This document shows, piece by piece, positions 17,549-27,132 of a DNA stretch of 43,450 bases. Every line of letters begins with the position of its first letter. The first letter of the stretch is position 1. The DNA is from a virus (taxonomy: Duplodnaviria > Caudoviricetes), in the IMG/VR virus record IMGVR_UViG_3300032280_000294, positions 1-43,450 of that record. One strand, given 5' to 3'. A program made the position numbers and the translations under genes. The notes beneath the pieces are model-generated. The model made no database searches. It saw only the letters and a program-made list of their open reading frames with translations, and was not told the DNA's origin.

Positions 17549-20092
17549 GTGTACAGGAACGTAGCTTATAACCCTAGAGAAGGAACTGTATATCTTCGTA
17601 CGTGGTCTGACGAAGGTGTAAGAATAGATACTGAAGTACCGTTTTCACCCTATCTCTTTACGGAGAAGAGAGACGGAACAGACGGTACTTCTATTTTTAA
17701 AACTCCTCTTAAGAAGCATTATTTTAAGAATAGCTTTGAACGTAATCAGTTCGTAAACGACGCATCAAACCCTCGCATCTTTGGTAATCTACCAATCGAG
17801 CAGCAATTTTTAATTGATAGGTATAATAATATTTGTGATAAAGAAGAGTTTAGTAAGTTCCCTCTAAAGGTATTCTTTATCGATATTGAAACTTATTCAC
17901 CGAATGAGTTTCCAGTACCTGAGAAAGCTAAAGACCCTGTAACGTTAATAACTATATTAGATACAGTAACAGGTAAGATTCATACCTGGGGACTTAAGAA
18001 CGACTATACCCCTAAGTTAAAGAATGTTACTTACTATAAATGTAATTCCGAGGAAGAGTTATTTGAGAAGTTTGTAAATTTCTGGAAAGCAGATCCACCG
18101 GATATTCTTACAGGGTGGAATACTGAGCAGTTCGATATCCCGTATATTATTCATCGTGCTAGAAAGCTTCTTAGTGAAGATTTTATTAAGCAGTTATCAC
18201 CAGTAAGAGAGCTTAACTATAGATCTAATTTTTCTAAGTTTGGAAGAGATGTAGGTCGTTGGTATATTACGGGGGTAAGTTGCTTAGATTACATGGAAAT
18301 ATATAAGACCTACTCTAAAGGAGATAGAGAATCTTTTTCTTTGAACTATATCGCAGAGTATGAACTCGGTGAAGGTAAATTAGCTATTAACGCTACTAAT
18401 CTTTCATCTCTTGCAGATCAAGACTGGGAAAACTTTGTTGACTATAATATTCAGGACGTTGATCTTCTCCGTAAGATGGAAGAAAAGCTAAACTATCTTA
18501 AGATCATTCGATTGCTTTCATATAAAGGCCTTACAAATTTTGAGCGCGCATTAGGTAAGGTATCGATTGTAACCGGGGCGATGGCTCTCCAGGCCCAGAA
18601 GCAAGGTTTTATTATTCCTACCTTTAAGAATGAAGGTGAGAGAGATTCTCTTGAAGGTGGATATGTAAGAGATCCGGAGAGGGGGTTAAAGAAAGGTATT
18701 GTAAGCTTTGACGTTAACTCTCTATACCCGAATACGATTATTACACTTAATATATCTGCAGAAACTAAACTAGGAAAGATTGTTACAGGAGATCCTGAGA
18801 CTGATAAAGAGATTCAGATTAAACTAGTTGACGGTAGTATATTCACCATTGCTACATCTAAGCTTAAGCAATTTCTTATAGATGAAAATGTATCCCTTTC
18901 AAAAGCCGGGGTATTATATTCACAGAAGTTTAAAGGTGTTTGCCCTAATTTGATTAATAGTATTTACGAAGAGCGTGTATATGCGCGTGGTCGTATGAAT
19001 GACCTTAAGAAGACAAAGAAATCCGACACCGATACTATATCTTCGATACAGTATTTTGATACATTGCAATATACGCTAAAGATTCTTTTGAATTCTATTT
19101 ACGGTACATTTGCCAATAAGCATTCGTCGTTTATGGATATCGATAATGCATCATCAATTACACTTACCGGGCAAGCGGTTGCTAAGGCAGGAGGCTCTAT
19201 TGTTAATGCTTACGCTAAAGAAAAATTCGGCGTTGATGAGTCATTAATTCTATCTGGTGATACAGATTCGTTGTATATAACAATACAACCTATTCTAGAT
19301 AAACTAGGCATACCGCTTGCTGAGAATAATGAAATTACGAAGAATACACACATTATTACAGACGCTATTGGTAAACATCTGAATACCGAAATTATTAGTT
19401 GGGCTCGTACAGAATTGAATTCAGCGGACCCACGCTTTGAGTTCAAACGAGAAGCTATAGCTGACGTAGGTACCTTCCTGGAAAAGAAACGATACATCCT
19501 ACATATCTTAGATGATGAAGGTGTATCTACGGATAAGTTCAAGTATGTAGGTGTTGAGGTAGCAAGATCGACAACACCGAAACAGGTTAAAGAGGTTATT
19601 AAGAGAACGATTGAAACTGCATTTAAAACACAGGATGTAAAGACAACTAACGCTGTATTTAGAGAAGCGTATGAAACGTTTTTAGCTCTACCGGTTGCAG
19701 AGGCTGCATTTAGAAAATCTGTTAAAGAATATGAAAAATACTCAACAGGTGCTACACTAAACAAATTCAACAAGGGAACACCTTGCCATGTTAAAGCAGC
19801 TATAGCATATAATCTTCTTTTAGAAAAGCTTACCCTCGGTACAAAATACGAAATGATTAGATCAGGGCAAAAGATAAAATACTTTTATGCTAACAAAAAC
19901 CCGTACGGTCTAGATGCTATAGCCTTTACATCTGAGTACCCGATTGAATTTGATAATATCAAAATCGATTATGATAAAATGTTTGGAAAGATTGTCGTAC
20001 CACCTATTGAGAGTGTGTACAATGCCATTGGATGGAGGTTACCGGTTATCGGTAAGGAAGTACAAACTGATCTATTTGACCTGTTCGGATAA
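17549..20092 (+). CDS. 43: Family B DNA polymerase gp43
   Basis: Exo motifs FIDIET, GWNTEQFDIPY, YNIQD. Pol motifs SFDVNSLYP, KILLNSIYG, SGDTDS, KKRY. C-terminal clamp-binding-like DLFDLFG. Confidence 0.97.
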   Translation: MYRNVAYNPREGTVYLRTWSDEGVRIDTEVPFSPYLFTEKRDGTDGTSIFKTPLKKHYFKNSFERNQFVNDASNPRIFGNLPIEQQFLIDRYNNICDKEEFSKFPLKVFFIDIETYSPNEFPVPEKAKDPVTLITILDTVTGKIHTWGLKNDYTPKLKNVTYYKCNSEEELFEKFVNFWKADPPDILTGWNTEQFDIPYIIHRARKLLSEDFIKQLSPVRELNYRSNFSKFGRDVGRWYITGVSCLDYMEIYKTYSKGDRESFSLNYIAEYELGEGKLAINATNLSSLADQDWENFVDYNIQDVDLLRKMEEKLNYLKIIRLLSYKGLTNFERALGKVSIVTGAMALQAQKQGFIIPTFKNEGERDSLEGGYVRDPERGLKKGIVSFDVNSLYPNTIITLNISAETKLGKIVTGDPETDKEIQIKLVDGSIFTIATSKLKQFLIDENVSLSKAGVLYSQKFKGVCPNLINSIYEERVYARGRMNDLKKTKKSDTDTISSIQYFDTLQYTLKILLNSIYGTFANKHSSFMDIDNASSITLTGQAVAKAGGSIVNAYAKEKFGVDESLILSGDTDSLYITIQPILDKLGIPLAENNEITKNTHIITDAIGKHLNTEIISWARTELNSADPRFEFKREAIADVGTFLEKKRYILHILDDEGVSTDKFKYVGVEVARSTTPKQVKEVIKRTIETAFKTQDVKTTNAVFREAYETFLALPVAEAAFRKSVKEYEKYSTGATLNKFNKGTPCHVKAAIAYNLLLEKLTLGTKYEMIRSGQKIKYFYANKNPYGLDAIAFTSEYPIEFDNIKIDYDKMFGKIVVPPIESVYNAIGWRLPVIGKEVQTDLFDLFG

Positions 20093-20308
20093 TTTTATTT
20101 CTTTAGTTTGAATGATACAAATCTCAGCACCTTTTCTTTTTAACTTATAAATTGTATCAACATTAAAATGTCTAAAAGCTTTTTTTATACATTCAGTTCG
20201 AGTAGAAGCGGCTGTATTCCATTGATACAATGGACCTATTTTTATTATATAAATTACTTTTTTTATAATAATGTATTGGATTTTCGGTTTTTTAGACATT
20301 ATTATCAA
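20072..20308 (-). CDS. Small basic hypothetical protein (start uncertain)
   Basis: Fills the otherwise empty 220-nt gap between gp43 and the dpdA-like gene, on the opposite strand. Confidence 0.4.
   Translation of the reverse strand: MIIMSKKPKIQYIIIKKVIYIIKIGPLYQWNTAASTRTECIKKAFRHFNVDTIYKLKRKGAEICIIQTKEIKLSEQVK
20277..20305 (+). promoter_or_regulatory. Sigma70-like promoter for the deazaguanine cassette
   Basis: TGGATT-17 nt-TATTAT, 8 nt before ATG 20314. Confidence 0.45.
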
Positions 20309-20313
20309 TACTT

Positions 20314-21147
20314 ATGTTATTAAGTCACGAGACCCCAATTTCTTTACTTGAAACCTCTAGAGGTTATAATGATTATGATTATGCACTGGTGCATTTGTTT
20401 AAAGATCATCCTGCATATTATGATTTTTTTAAAACTTCTGTACTTGCAGGTAGACACGTACTCTTAGATAATTCTATTTTTGAGCTTGGCACTGCTTATG
20501 ATTCCGATGAATTTGCTTATTGGATTAAAGAATTGCAACCTACAGAATATATTATACCAGATGTATTAGAAGACACTGAAGGTACTATTGAAAGCTTTAT
20601 TAAATTTACAGAAAAGTATCCCGATCTTCCGGGTAAAAAGATTGGAGTAGTACAAGGTAAGACATATAAAGAAATTGTTAAATGCTTTACATTCTTGAAA
20701 GACAAAGTTGATAAGATTGCAATTTCTTTTGATTATTCGTACTACCTTAATGAGGTTCCTTCATTTATAAGTAGCACAATAAAGATTCCAACGGATGTAA
20801 CACTCTATACAAATTGGAATCGTTATGCTTTAGGTAGAGCTAATTTACTACAAAGACTTGATCATGATGAATTAATTGATCATACCACAAAGATACATTT
20901 ACTTGGATGTGCTGTACCTTGGGAATTTTCTTTATATAAGAATAATTTTATTTGTAAGTATATCGAAACAATCGATACATCTAATCCTATTGTTGCTGCT
21001 ATTCTTGGGCATCGTTACAATATAAATATCGGCCTTCAAGATAAATGGTCTGTTAAGCTTGTTGATTTTATCAACTCTACGCTAGACGCAAAACAACTCG
21101 AAGATTCATTATATAATATTTCTATCTTTAGGAGGTTTTGTAAATGA
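20314..21147 (+). CDS. dpdA: TGT-fold deazaguanine transglycosylase (divergent DpdA-like)
   Basis: TGT-like motif series LLDNSIFE, IIPDV, GVVQG, IHLLG, IDTS. No CxCxxC zinc site. In an operon with queF. Confidence 0.7.
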   Translation: MLLSHETPISLLETSRGYNDYDYALVHLFKDHPAYYDFFKTSVLAGRHVLLDNSIFELGTAYDSDEFAYWIKELQPTEYIIPDVLEDTEGTIESFIKFTEKYPDLPGKKIGVVQGKTYKEIVKCFTFLKDKVDKIAISFDYSYYLNEVPSFISSTIKIPTDVTLYTNWNRYALGRANLLQRLDHDELIDHTTKIHLLGCAVPWEFSLYKNNFICKYIETIDTSNPIVAAILGHRYNINIGLQDKWSVKLVDFINSTLDAKQLEDSLYNISIFRRFCK

Positions 21148-21683
21148 GACCTTGGGTAGCTTTATTCAGTCAAACAGGTAGTGAGATTTATAATCTTTCA
21201 AAGAAACTTAACCGTGCACCAGATCTTATTATAACTAATAGACAAGATCTTGACGGCGTCAATCAGGGACTTATTAATGAATTTGGTGCTAAGATTTTCC
21301 AGATTAGTAAATCACCAAGTACTGAAGAGTATAGACATCATATACCTAAAGATGCGTTTGTTACATTACATGGCTGGTTGAGAATTGTTCCAGCAGAGAT
21401 TTGTGAAGAATTTGAAATTTATAATTTACATCCCGCTAACCTATTACTACACCCTCATCTAAAGGGTAAAGACCCTCAGAAGCGAGCTGCTCTAGAACTT
21501 TTAAAGTGGTCTGGAAATACTATTCATCGCTGTACATCAGAGTTAGATGGAGGCAAGGTTGAAGAGTATAGTACAGTATTAATTGAAGGATTACTTGAGT
21601 TTGAAGTTATTAATAAGCTTCACAAAGATGCTACAAATTTGTGGTTTACTTTTCTGAATAAGAGGCTAATATATAGTGCATGA
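21144..21683 (+). CDS. PurN-like formyltransferase (DpdN-like candidate)
   Basis: ALFSQTGS, LHGWLRIV, NLHP, GNTIH..TSELDGG, matching the N-H-D triad of formyl-THF transferases. ATGA-coupled to the dpdA-like gene. Confidence 0.8.
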   Translation: MRPWVALFSQTGSEIYNLSKKLNRAPDLIITNRQDLDGVNQGLINEFGAKIFQISKSPSTEEYRHHIPKDAFVTLHGWLRIVPAEICEEFEIYNLHPANLLLHPHLKGKDPQKRAALELLKWSGNTIHRCTSELDGGKVEEYSTVLIEGLLEFEVINKLHKDATNLWFTFLNKRLIYSA

Positions 21684-22228
21684 AGATAGCTATCTCAGGA
21701 GCTCATAGTCAGGGTAAAACTACTCTTGTAAATGCTTTGCAAGAAAGTGGTTTATTATATGGATTTAAGTTTAAAACTTCTCTAACTAGAGGAATGCAGG
21801 AAGCGGGGTATAGTATTAATGAAGATGGAGATGAGGTAACACAGCTTGCTATTATGGTTAAACATTTTCAGCGTCTCAGTGAAGATGGAAATATAGTTTA
21901 TGATCGCTGTGCGTTAGATGGTTATGCGTACTCTATGGCTTTACCTATAAGACTTAAAGTTTTAGATGTTATTAGAGATCTTTTTCTTTTAATGACAGAT
22001 AAATATGATATTATTTTTTATGTTGAACCGGAACTTCCGTTAATCGAAGACGGTCAACGTACAACGAAGAAAGAGTTTTTTGATAGAGTAGTGCAATCTT
22101 TTGAAGCTTTAATTAAGTCATTTTCTGTACCGGTAGTAAGAATAAAAGGTTCTGTTGAAGAACGAACAAAACAAGTTATACTAGCTATACAAAACAAAGA
22201 AAACGACAACAAATTTTACGAATTATGA
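21680..22228 (+). CDS. P-loop nucleotide kinase-like protein (AAA_28/dNMP kinase-like)
   Basis: GAHSQGKTT P-loop, YDRCALD (DR motif as in thymidylate-kinase-like enzymes), EDGQR lid. Confidence 0.75.
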   Translation: MKIAISGAHSQGKTTLVNALQESGLLYGFKFKTSLTRGMQEAGYSINEDGDEVTQLAIMVKHFQRLSEDGNIVYDRCALDGYAYSMALPIRLKVLDVIRDLFLLMTDKYDIIFYVEPELPLIEDGQRTTKKEFFDRVVQSFEALIKSFSVPVVRIKGSVEERTKQVILAIQNKENDNKFYEL

Positions 22229-23151
22229 GTACAACCAACCTAACTGATATTGCGTCGAAGACATTAGGATCTTCAGCTTCGTACGCGATTTATACAGAGC
22301 AATTTGATCCTACATTGCTTAATCCCATGCCTCGTGCACTTGCTCGAGCTGATCATAACATTACCGGTAATGAGTTTGTCGGTTTTGATACATGGCATTG
22401 CCATGAATCTACGTTTCTGCTTAACAACGGATTCCCTATAGCAGGTACACTAAAGTACACCTATAGAGCTGATTCTGATTTCATGGTAGAATCAAAATCT
22501 GCTAAGCTTTATCTTAACTCGTTTGATATGTGTAAGATGGGCAATACCCCTAAGGAAGCTATTATTGCCTATGAACTTCAAGTTAAACACGATCTTGAAG
22601 AAGCTCTTAAGACGCATGTAGATGTTTGCTTCTTCCCATCAGGTTCTGAGATCGACGGTCATGATGCCGTAGAAGGCTATAATGATTTGTATTGGAAGCT
22701 TTTTGAGAACGCTAAAGATATAAACATTACTGACTATTCTTCTCAGGAAGATCATCTAAAGTTTGTTAAGATTCACCCAGAGGATAATAATCCCGTTACA
22801 AGCCGTTGGTTTACGAATGCCCTGAGGTCTCGTTGTAGACATACAAAGCAGAAGGACACAGGTGCCGCTTACGTTCTTATCAAGTGTGATAACGGCATGA
22901 TGGTTGATCCAGAGTCTTTGTTTAAGCAGATTGTTTCATTGCGCGAGGTTAATGAGTTCCATGAATTTTGCGCTGAAAAGCTTTACACTACTATTATGAA
23001 GCATCCTGAAGTAACTGATTGCTGTGTTACTTTGCTTTATTCCCGTCGCGGTTCCCTGGATATTAATCCGGTAAGGGCGTCGAGTGTCGAATTATTGCCT
23101 GAAGCCTTATTCAATGTGTACAAATACACAAATAAAGCTATGGGACAATAA
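22225..23151 (+). CDS. queF: NADPH-dependent preQ0 reductase QueF (bimodular type)
   Basis: VESKSAKLYLNSF, LRSRC (catalytic Cys), NEFHEFC, YSRRGSLDINPVR. Confidence 0.92.
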   Translation: MSTTNLTDIASKTLGSSASYAIYTEQFDPTLLNPMPRALARADHNITGNEFVGFDTWHCHESTFLLNNGFPIAGTLKYTYRADSDFMVESKSAKLYLNSFDMCKMGNTPKEAIIAYELQVKHDLEEALKTHVDVCFFPSGSEIDGHDAVEGYNDLYWKLFENAKDINITDYSSQEDHLKFVKIHPEDNNPVTSRWFTNALRSRCRHTKQKDTGAAYVLIKCDNGMMVDPESLFKQIVSLREVNEFHEFCAEKLYTTIMKHPEVTDCCVTLLYSRRGSLDINPVRASSVELLPEALFNVYKYTNKAMGQ

Positions 23152-23197
23152 AAACACAGTAGATAAAAAATCAAAATATTATAAATTAATAACGTAT

Positions 23198-23587
23198 ATG
23201 AGTACACCAACCAACATCGTAACATTCCTCGACGCCATCGGCCGCACCCTCATCGGTGAGACGGTTGCTGAGAGCACTACAGCAGAGACTCTTGCTATCA
23301 AGAACCCTGCTATTGTCCACATCATGCCTAATCCTCAGACCGGGCAGCTTCAGCTTCAGATCCTTCCTCTTTTCTTTAAGGAGTTTCTCGCTGATAAGAC
23401 CGAGTCTACGGTTTGGTATTTCAAGCGCTCCAATCTGACTGAGAGCAAGGAGTTCGCCCTTGACTTTAAGCTAGTTGCGCAGTATCAGCAGATCTCTTCG
23501 TTCGTCCCTGACGCCGGAGCAGTACAGGGATCGGTAGGCCAGGAGCCTTCTGAGCCTTCTGTTGTTAAGCTTTTTGACGAAGAATAA
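23198..23587 (+). CDS. Conserved hypothetical protein, possible Sm-like fold
   Basis: Likely start ATG 23198. GRTLIGE..LAIKNPA..LQILP pattern, strongly biased codon usage. Confidence 0.55.
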   Translation: MSTPTNIVTFLDAIGRTLIGETVAESTTAETLAIKNPAIVHIMPNPQTGQLQLQILPLFFKEFLADKTESTVWYFKRSNLTESKEFALDFKLVAQYQQISSFVPDAGAVQGSVGQEPSEPSVVKLFDEE

Positions 23588-23589
23588 GA

Positions 23590-23617
23590 TTGCAATAATA
23601 AAAGCAGCATCTAATAT
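23590..23617 (+). promoter_or_regulatory. Sigma70-like promoter for uvsX-41
   Basis: TTGCAA-16 nt-TAATAT, 6 nt before ATG 23624. Confidence 0.55.
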
Positions 23618-23623
23618 TTCGGT

Positions 23624-24721
23624 ATGGCTAAAAACGAACTCTCTCATTTAAAAGATATTTTTAAATCCGTTGACGACTTGAATCCCGATTCTGCAGTATT
23701 AGATGCTGCTACTTTATCGACTGCTGAGGACTGGATTGATACTGGTTCTTATGCATTGAATGCAATTATTTCAGGTTCCCTGCATAAGGGAATACCTAGT
23801 GGTCGTATTACAGGTTTTGCCGGTCCTTCTATGGCCGGTAAAACTCTTATTATGAATAAGATTATGGCTAATGCACAGAAGAAAGGTTATATACCCGTTA
23901 TTTGGGATTCTGAAGTAGCCGTTGATAAGAAGAGTGCAGAAGGTGCAGGTATGGATACTGCACGTGTAAAATACTATCCTGTAGAAACTATTGAAGATTG
24001 TCGTAATCAGATTTGTGCGTTTCTTGATAACGTTATCAAAGCTGATAATCCTGATCTCAAATTTATTGTAGCCATCGATTCGCTCGGTAACCTCGCTAGC
24101 GCAAAAGAAATTAAAGATACTGCAGCTGGTAAGGAAGCTTCTGATGTCGGTCAGAGAGCTAAGGCGATTAAATCGATGATGCGTACACTTACCTATAAGG
24201 CTGCTAAAGCTAAGGTACCAATTTTGTTTAGTAATCACATTTATGAAGGAATGGAAATGTTTCCTACTCTTGTTAAAACTCAGAGTGGTGGTAAGGGGCC
24301 GATTTATCTTGCTTCGGTTCTTGTACAACTTAGTACTAAGAACGAGAAAGCTAGTGACAATCCTGATGAACAATCTGTGGCTATTGCTCACAATGTATCT
24401 GGTGTCACACTAGGTGCAATGACAGTTAAGAATAGGTTTGTACCATCTTATCTCAAGACTGAGCTTTATTTGAACTTTAAGTCTGGGCTTGACAAACACA
24501 CCGGTCTTTTTGAGATTGCAGAAGCCTTTGGTGTTATTGAAAAACCCGGTCGTACAGTAATGTACAAGGGGGAAAGTCTCGGTTATAGAAAAGATCTCGA
24601 AAAGAGCCCTAAGTTCTGGGATAAGATCTTACCTGAGCTTGAGAGTGTCTTGCAAGAAAAGCTTTGCTACGGCACTAGTTCATCTGTTGATATTGAAGAA
24701 GAAGTCGATAATATCGAGTAA
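23624..24721 (+). CDS. uvsX: UvsX RecA-like recombinase
   Basis: IDTGSYALNAIISG, GPSMAGKT, DSE, IDSLGNL, SGG. Confidence 0.94.
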   Translation: MAKNELSHLKDIFKSVDDLNPDSAVLDAATLSTAEDWIDTGSYALNAIISGSLHKGIPSGRITGFAGPSMAGKTLIMNKIMANAQKKGYIPVIWDSEVAVDKKSAEGAGMDTARVKYYPVETIEDCRNQICAFLDNVIKADNPDLKFIVAIDSLGNLASAKEIKDTAAGKEASDVGQRAKAIKSMMRTLTYKAAKAKVPILFSNHIYEGMEMFPTLVKTQSGGKGPIYLASVLVQLSTKNEKASDNPDEQSVAIAHNVSGVTLGAMTVKNRFVPSYLKTELYLNFKSGLDKHTGLFEIAEAFGVIEKPGRTVMYKGESLGYRKDLEKSPKFWDKILPELESVLQEKLCYGTSSSVDIEEEVDNIE

Positions 24722-26073
24722 TGACCGACACGAGTAATCTCGACCTGGATTATTACGAGAATATTATTCTCTTTAATTCACTCCTAAGTCAGGAGTATCT
24801 TTCATCTATTATTGAGTATACAGATCCTGCATACTTTAATGATAAGAGTATCAAGACTATTTTTAAAGTTATTGCTCAGTTCTTTACTGAACGTGGTACT
24901 GTACCTACTACTACAGAGCTTAAGACTCGTTTAATAACCGAAGATGAAAAGAAATCTTTTAACGAGGTAATAGCTCGATTTAAAGAAATCGATACAAAGT
25001 TTAACAAAGAAGAGCTTCTTGCTAATACTGAACGCTTTTTGAAAGAGCGTTGCTTGTATAAGACGATTGTTGATACGGCAGAAAAATACGCTCAGGGTAA
25101 AGCTGATCCTGCTGAGATATTACAGCAGTTTGAAAAAGCCTATGGTATAACTCTATCTGAGGATATGGGTCATTGGTATTTTGAAGAAGTAGATGAACAT
25201 ATTAAAGAGCTTACTAAGATATATAACCCTATCCCTACAGGATGGAGATTCTTAGATGAAAAGCTCGAAGGTGGTTTATTCCCAAAAACTCTGACGTGTT
25301 TAGTAGGTCAGGTAAATATTGGTAAGAGTATTTTCCTAGGTAATATTGCTGCGAACATGGTTTTAAAAAATGAGAATGTACTTCTCATTTCATTAGAAAT
25401 GTCTGAGTTTATGTACTCAAAGAGAATTAGTGCGCAGCTAACTCAGATTCCGCATAACAGTCTTAAGATGTATACAGATGAACTTAAGCAGCAGGTTAAA
25501 GATATTGAGTCTCGTCTGGATAGTAAGCTCGTTGTTAAGGAGTACGCCCCTAAGACAATTACTACAAGACATATTGATTCGTACATTACAAAACTTACCC
25601 ACAAAGGTTTCAAACCAAGTGTAATAGTTATTGATTATATCAATCTACTAAAACCAATTACAAAGAATTTAAACTCGTATGAGTCTGTTAAAGAGACAGC
25701 AGAGCAGTTGAGAGCATTATCATTCAAATATAATATACCTATTGTTACAGCATCTCAGCTTAATCGCGGTGCGTTCAATACATCAAGCCCTGGTATGGAA
25801 GGAATATCCGAGAGTATTGGTCTTGCAGCAACCTGTGATGTTATTTGTTCGCTGTGGCAAGAAGACGAAGATAGAGAACTTGGTATTATTAATCTTGGCA
25901 TGCAAAAGAATCGATTTGGAGCTAACTTCGGTAGTTGTGCGTTTAGAGTAAAATACGAAACACTGACTCTTGAGGAAGTTAACCCTGATCATTTTACAGC
26001 TGAAACTCCTACAGCTGCTGTAAATGATGCTCATAGTATGCTTCAACGTTTATCGGAACAAAGCGATAGTTGA
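24721..26073 (+). CDS. 41: Replicative DnaB-like helicase gp41
   Basis: GQVNIGKS, ISLEMSE, VIDYINLL, TASQLNR, SESIG, KNRFG. Confidence 0.94.
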   Translation: MTDTSNLDLDYYENIILFNSLLSQEYLSSIIEYTDPAYFNDKSIKTIFKVIAQFFTERGTVPTTTELKTRLITEDEKKSFNEVIARFKEIDTKFNKEELLANTERFLKERCLYKTIVDTAEKYAQGKADPAEILQQFEKAYGITLSEDMGHWYFEEVDEHIKELTKIYNPIPTGWRFLDEKLEGGLFPKTLTCLVGQVNIGKSIFLGNIAANMVLKNENVLLISLEMSEFMYSKRISAQLTQIPHNSLKMYTDELKQQVKDIESRLDSKLVVKEYAPKTITTRHIDSYITKLTHKGFKPSVIVIDYINLLKPITKNLNSYESVKETAEQLRALSFKYNIPIVTASQLNRGAFNTSSPGMEGISESIGLAATCDVICSLWQEDEDRELGIINLGMQKNRFGANFGSCAFRVKYETLTLEEVNPDHFTAETPTAAVNDAHSMLQRLSEQSDS

Positions 26074-26107
26074 ACTTTGATATAAATGATAGTAAATAAT
26101 TACTATC

Positions 26108-26413
26108 ATGATAAACAAAAATGCTTTTGAAGATTTATTCAATAAGAATGACCCACTCTTTCAATTAACTTCAAAAGAATATATCGTTGGTGTTTTAAAG
26201 TTTGGCTCATATCTTTCTATTCTTAACAATAAAAAGCTTAACGCATCCGGTTTATTTGTACAGATATTACAAGATAAAAAACTCCGCGATATGTTTATAT
26301 CAGTTACTGAATCAGAAAATATGAAAAGTGCCTTATTAGGCCTCTTGCAACTTTATCCAGTTCTACTAAAATCGAAGAATACAAAACGTCTATTCAAAAA
26401 ATCGATTAAATGA
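26108..26413 (+). CDS. Hypothetical protein
   Basis: 101-aa ORF with TAAATA 9 nt upstream, ATGA-coupled to the next gene. Confidence 0.6.
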   Translation: MINKNAFEDLFNKNDPLFQLTSKEYIVGVLKFGSYLSILNNKKLNASGLFVQILQDKKLRDMFISVTESENMKSALLGLLQLYPVLLKSKNTKRLFKKSIK

Positions 26414-27078
26414 CAGAACTAGAAAAAAGAATTTACAACAAACATTTAGCTGTTTCCAGATCTTTAAGAAATAAGCCATTTAAGCTTAAAGTAGATTTTA
26501 CGGGGTTTGAAGATAACCCGAAATATGTTTCTATAAAAAGATTAGCTATTTTCTTTACTCGTCATCCAGATGTTAATATGGACATCTACTTTATGGCGCC
26601 TTATAAGTTATATAAGGATGTAGAGCATTTCGATTTAAAATATTTTGCTTCACCGAGAGCTATTAAGGCTTATACAGTTTACAAAAACGAATTAGCTCAA
26701 ACCTCTCCTGATAAACAGCTTGATGAAGTTAAAAAATCTTTAGAGTTTATTACAAAGTTTTGCTTAGAAAAGAAAATACAATTATCTGATTACGCTGATT
26801 ATAAAGACAATGGCATGGAACCAGTTTGGGTGTACCATTTTAAGAGTAATAAAATTAATTTGTATTCCCTTATGGAATTTACAGGCATTTTTACTTATAT
26901 ATCAGAGATGCCCTTTGATGAAAAGACGCTTTTACTAGGTAATTTTGGAAGCAATTTTCTTGATTATCGGTCCAAGTACCAACACTCAAAAGAACTTAAA
27001 CCTTTTTTAAGTAGTACATTTACAAAATTAAAATTTTTTATAGATAAGAGCTTGAACTCATCAATACCTTGTCTATAA
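26410..27078 (+). CDS. Putative helicase loader (gp59-like)
   Basis: 222-aa basic, aromatic-rich protein directly before gp32, as in T4. Call rests mostly on size and synteny. Confidence 0.5.
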   Translation: MTELEKRIYNKHLAVSRSLRNKPFKLKVDFTGFEDNPKYVSIKRLAIFFTRHPDVNMDIYFMAPYKLYKDVEHFDLKYFASPRAIKAYTVYKNELAQTSPDKQLDEVKKSLEFITKFCLEKKIQLSDYADYKDNGMEPVWVYHFKSNKINLYSLMEFTGIFTYISEMPFDEKTLLLGNFGSNFLDYRSKYQHSKELKPFLSSTFTKLKFFIDKSLNSSIPCL

Positions 27079-27079
27079 T
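27052..27079 (+). promoter_or_regulatory. Sigma70-like promoter for gp32
   Basis: TTGAAC-16 nt-TATAAT. Confidence 0.65.
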
Positions 27080-27132
27080 CATAACAAACAAACCAACCCC
27101 AACCTAAACCAACCCAATACCCAATACACAAT
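27080..27132 (+). promoter_or_regulatory. G-free unstructured leader, putative gp32 autogenous translational operator
   Basis: No G from 27072 to 27134, with repeated AACC/CCAA units, directly before the gp32 ATG. Confidence 0.6.

Noticed and set aside
19253-19270. SGDTDS instead of YGDTDS in the polymerase, as a possible adaptation to modified bases
   Set aside because: This position varies among T4-like polymerases (T4 itself lacks the Tyr), so it is not diagnostic.
19210-19773. 187-aa antisense ORF inside DNA polymerase
   Set aside because: Shadow ORF of a conserved gene with no recognisable features.
21144-21683. purN as a purine-synthesis auxiliary gene
   Set aside because: No other pur genes are present and it is coupled between the dpdA-like, kinase and queF genes, which favours base formylation. 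Not fully excluded.
23771-24391. 206-aa antisense ORF inside uvsX
   Set aside because: Shadow ORF with no start signals or motifs.
27080-27132. AACC-type repeats as a CRISPR array or telomere-like repeat
   Set aside because: Imperfect, short and without spacers. Better explained as an unstructured leader.
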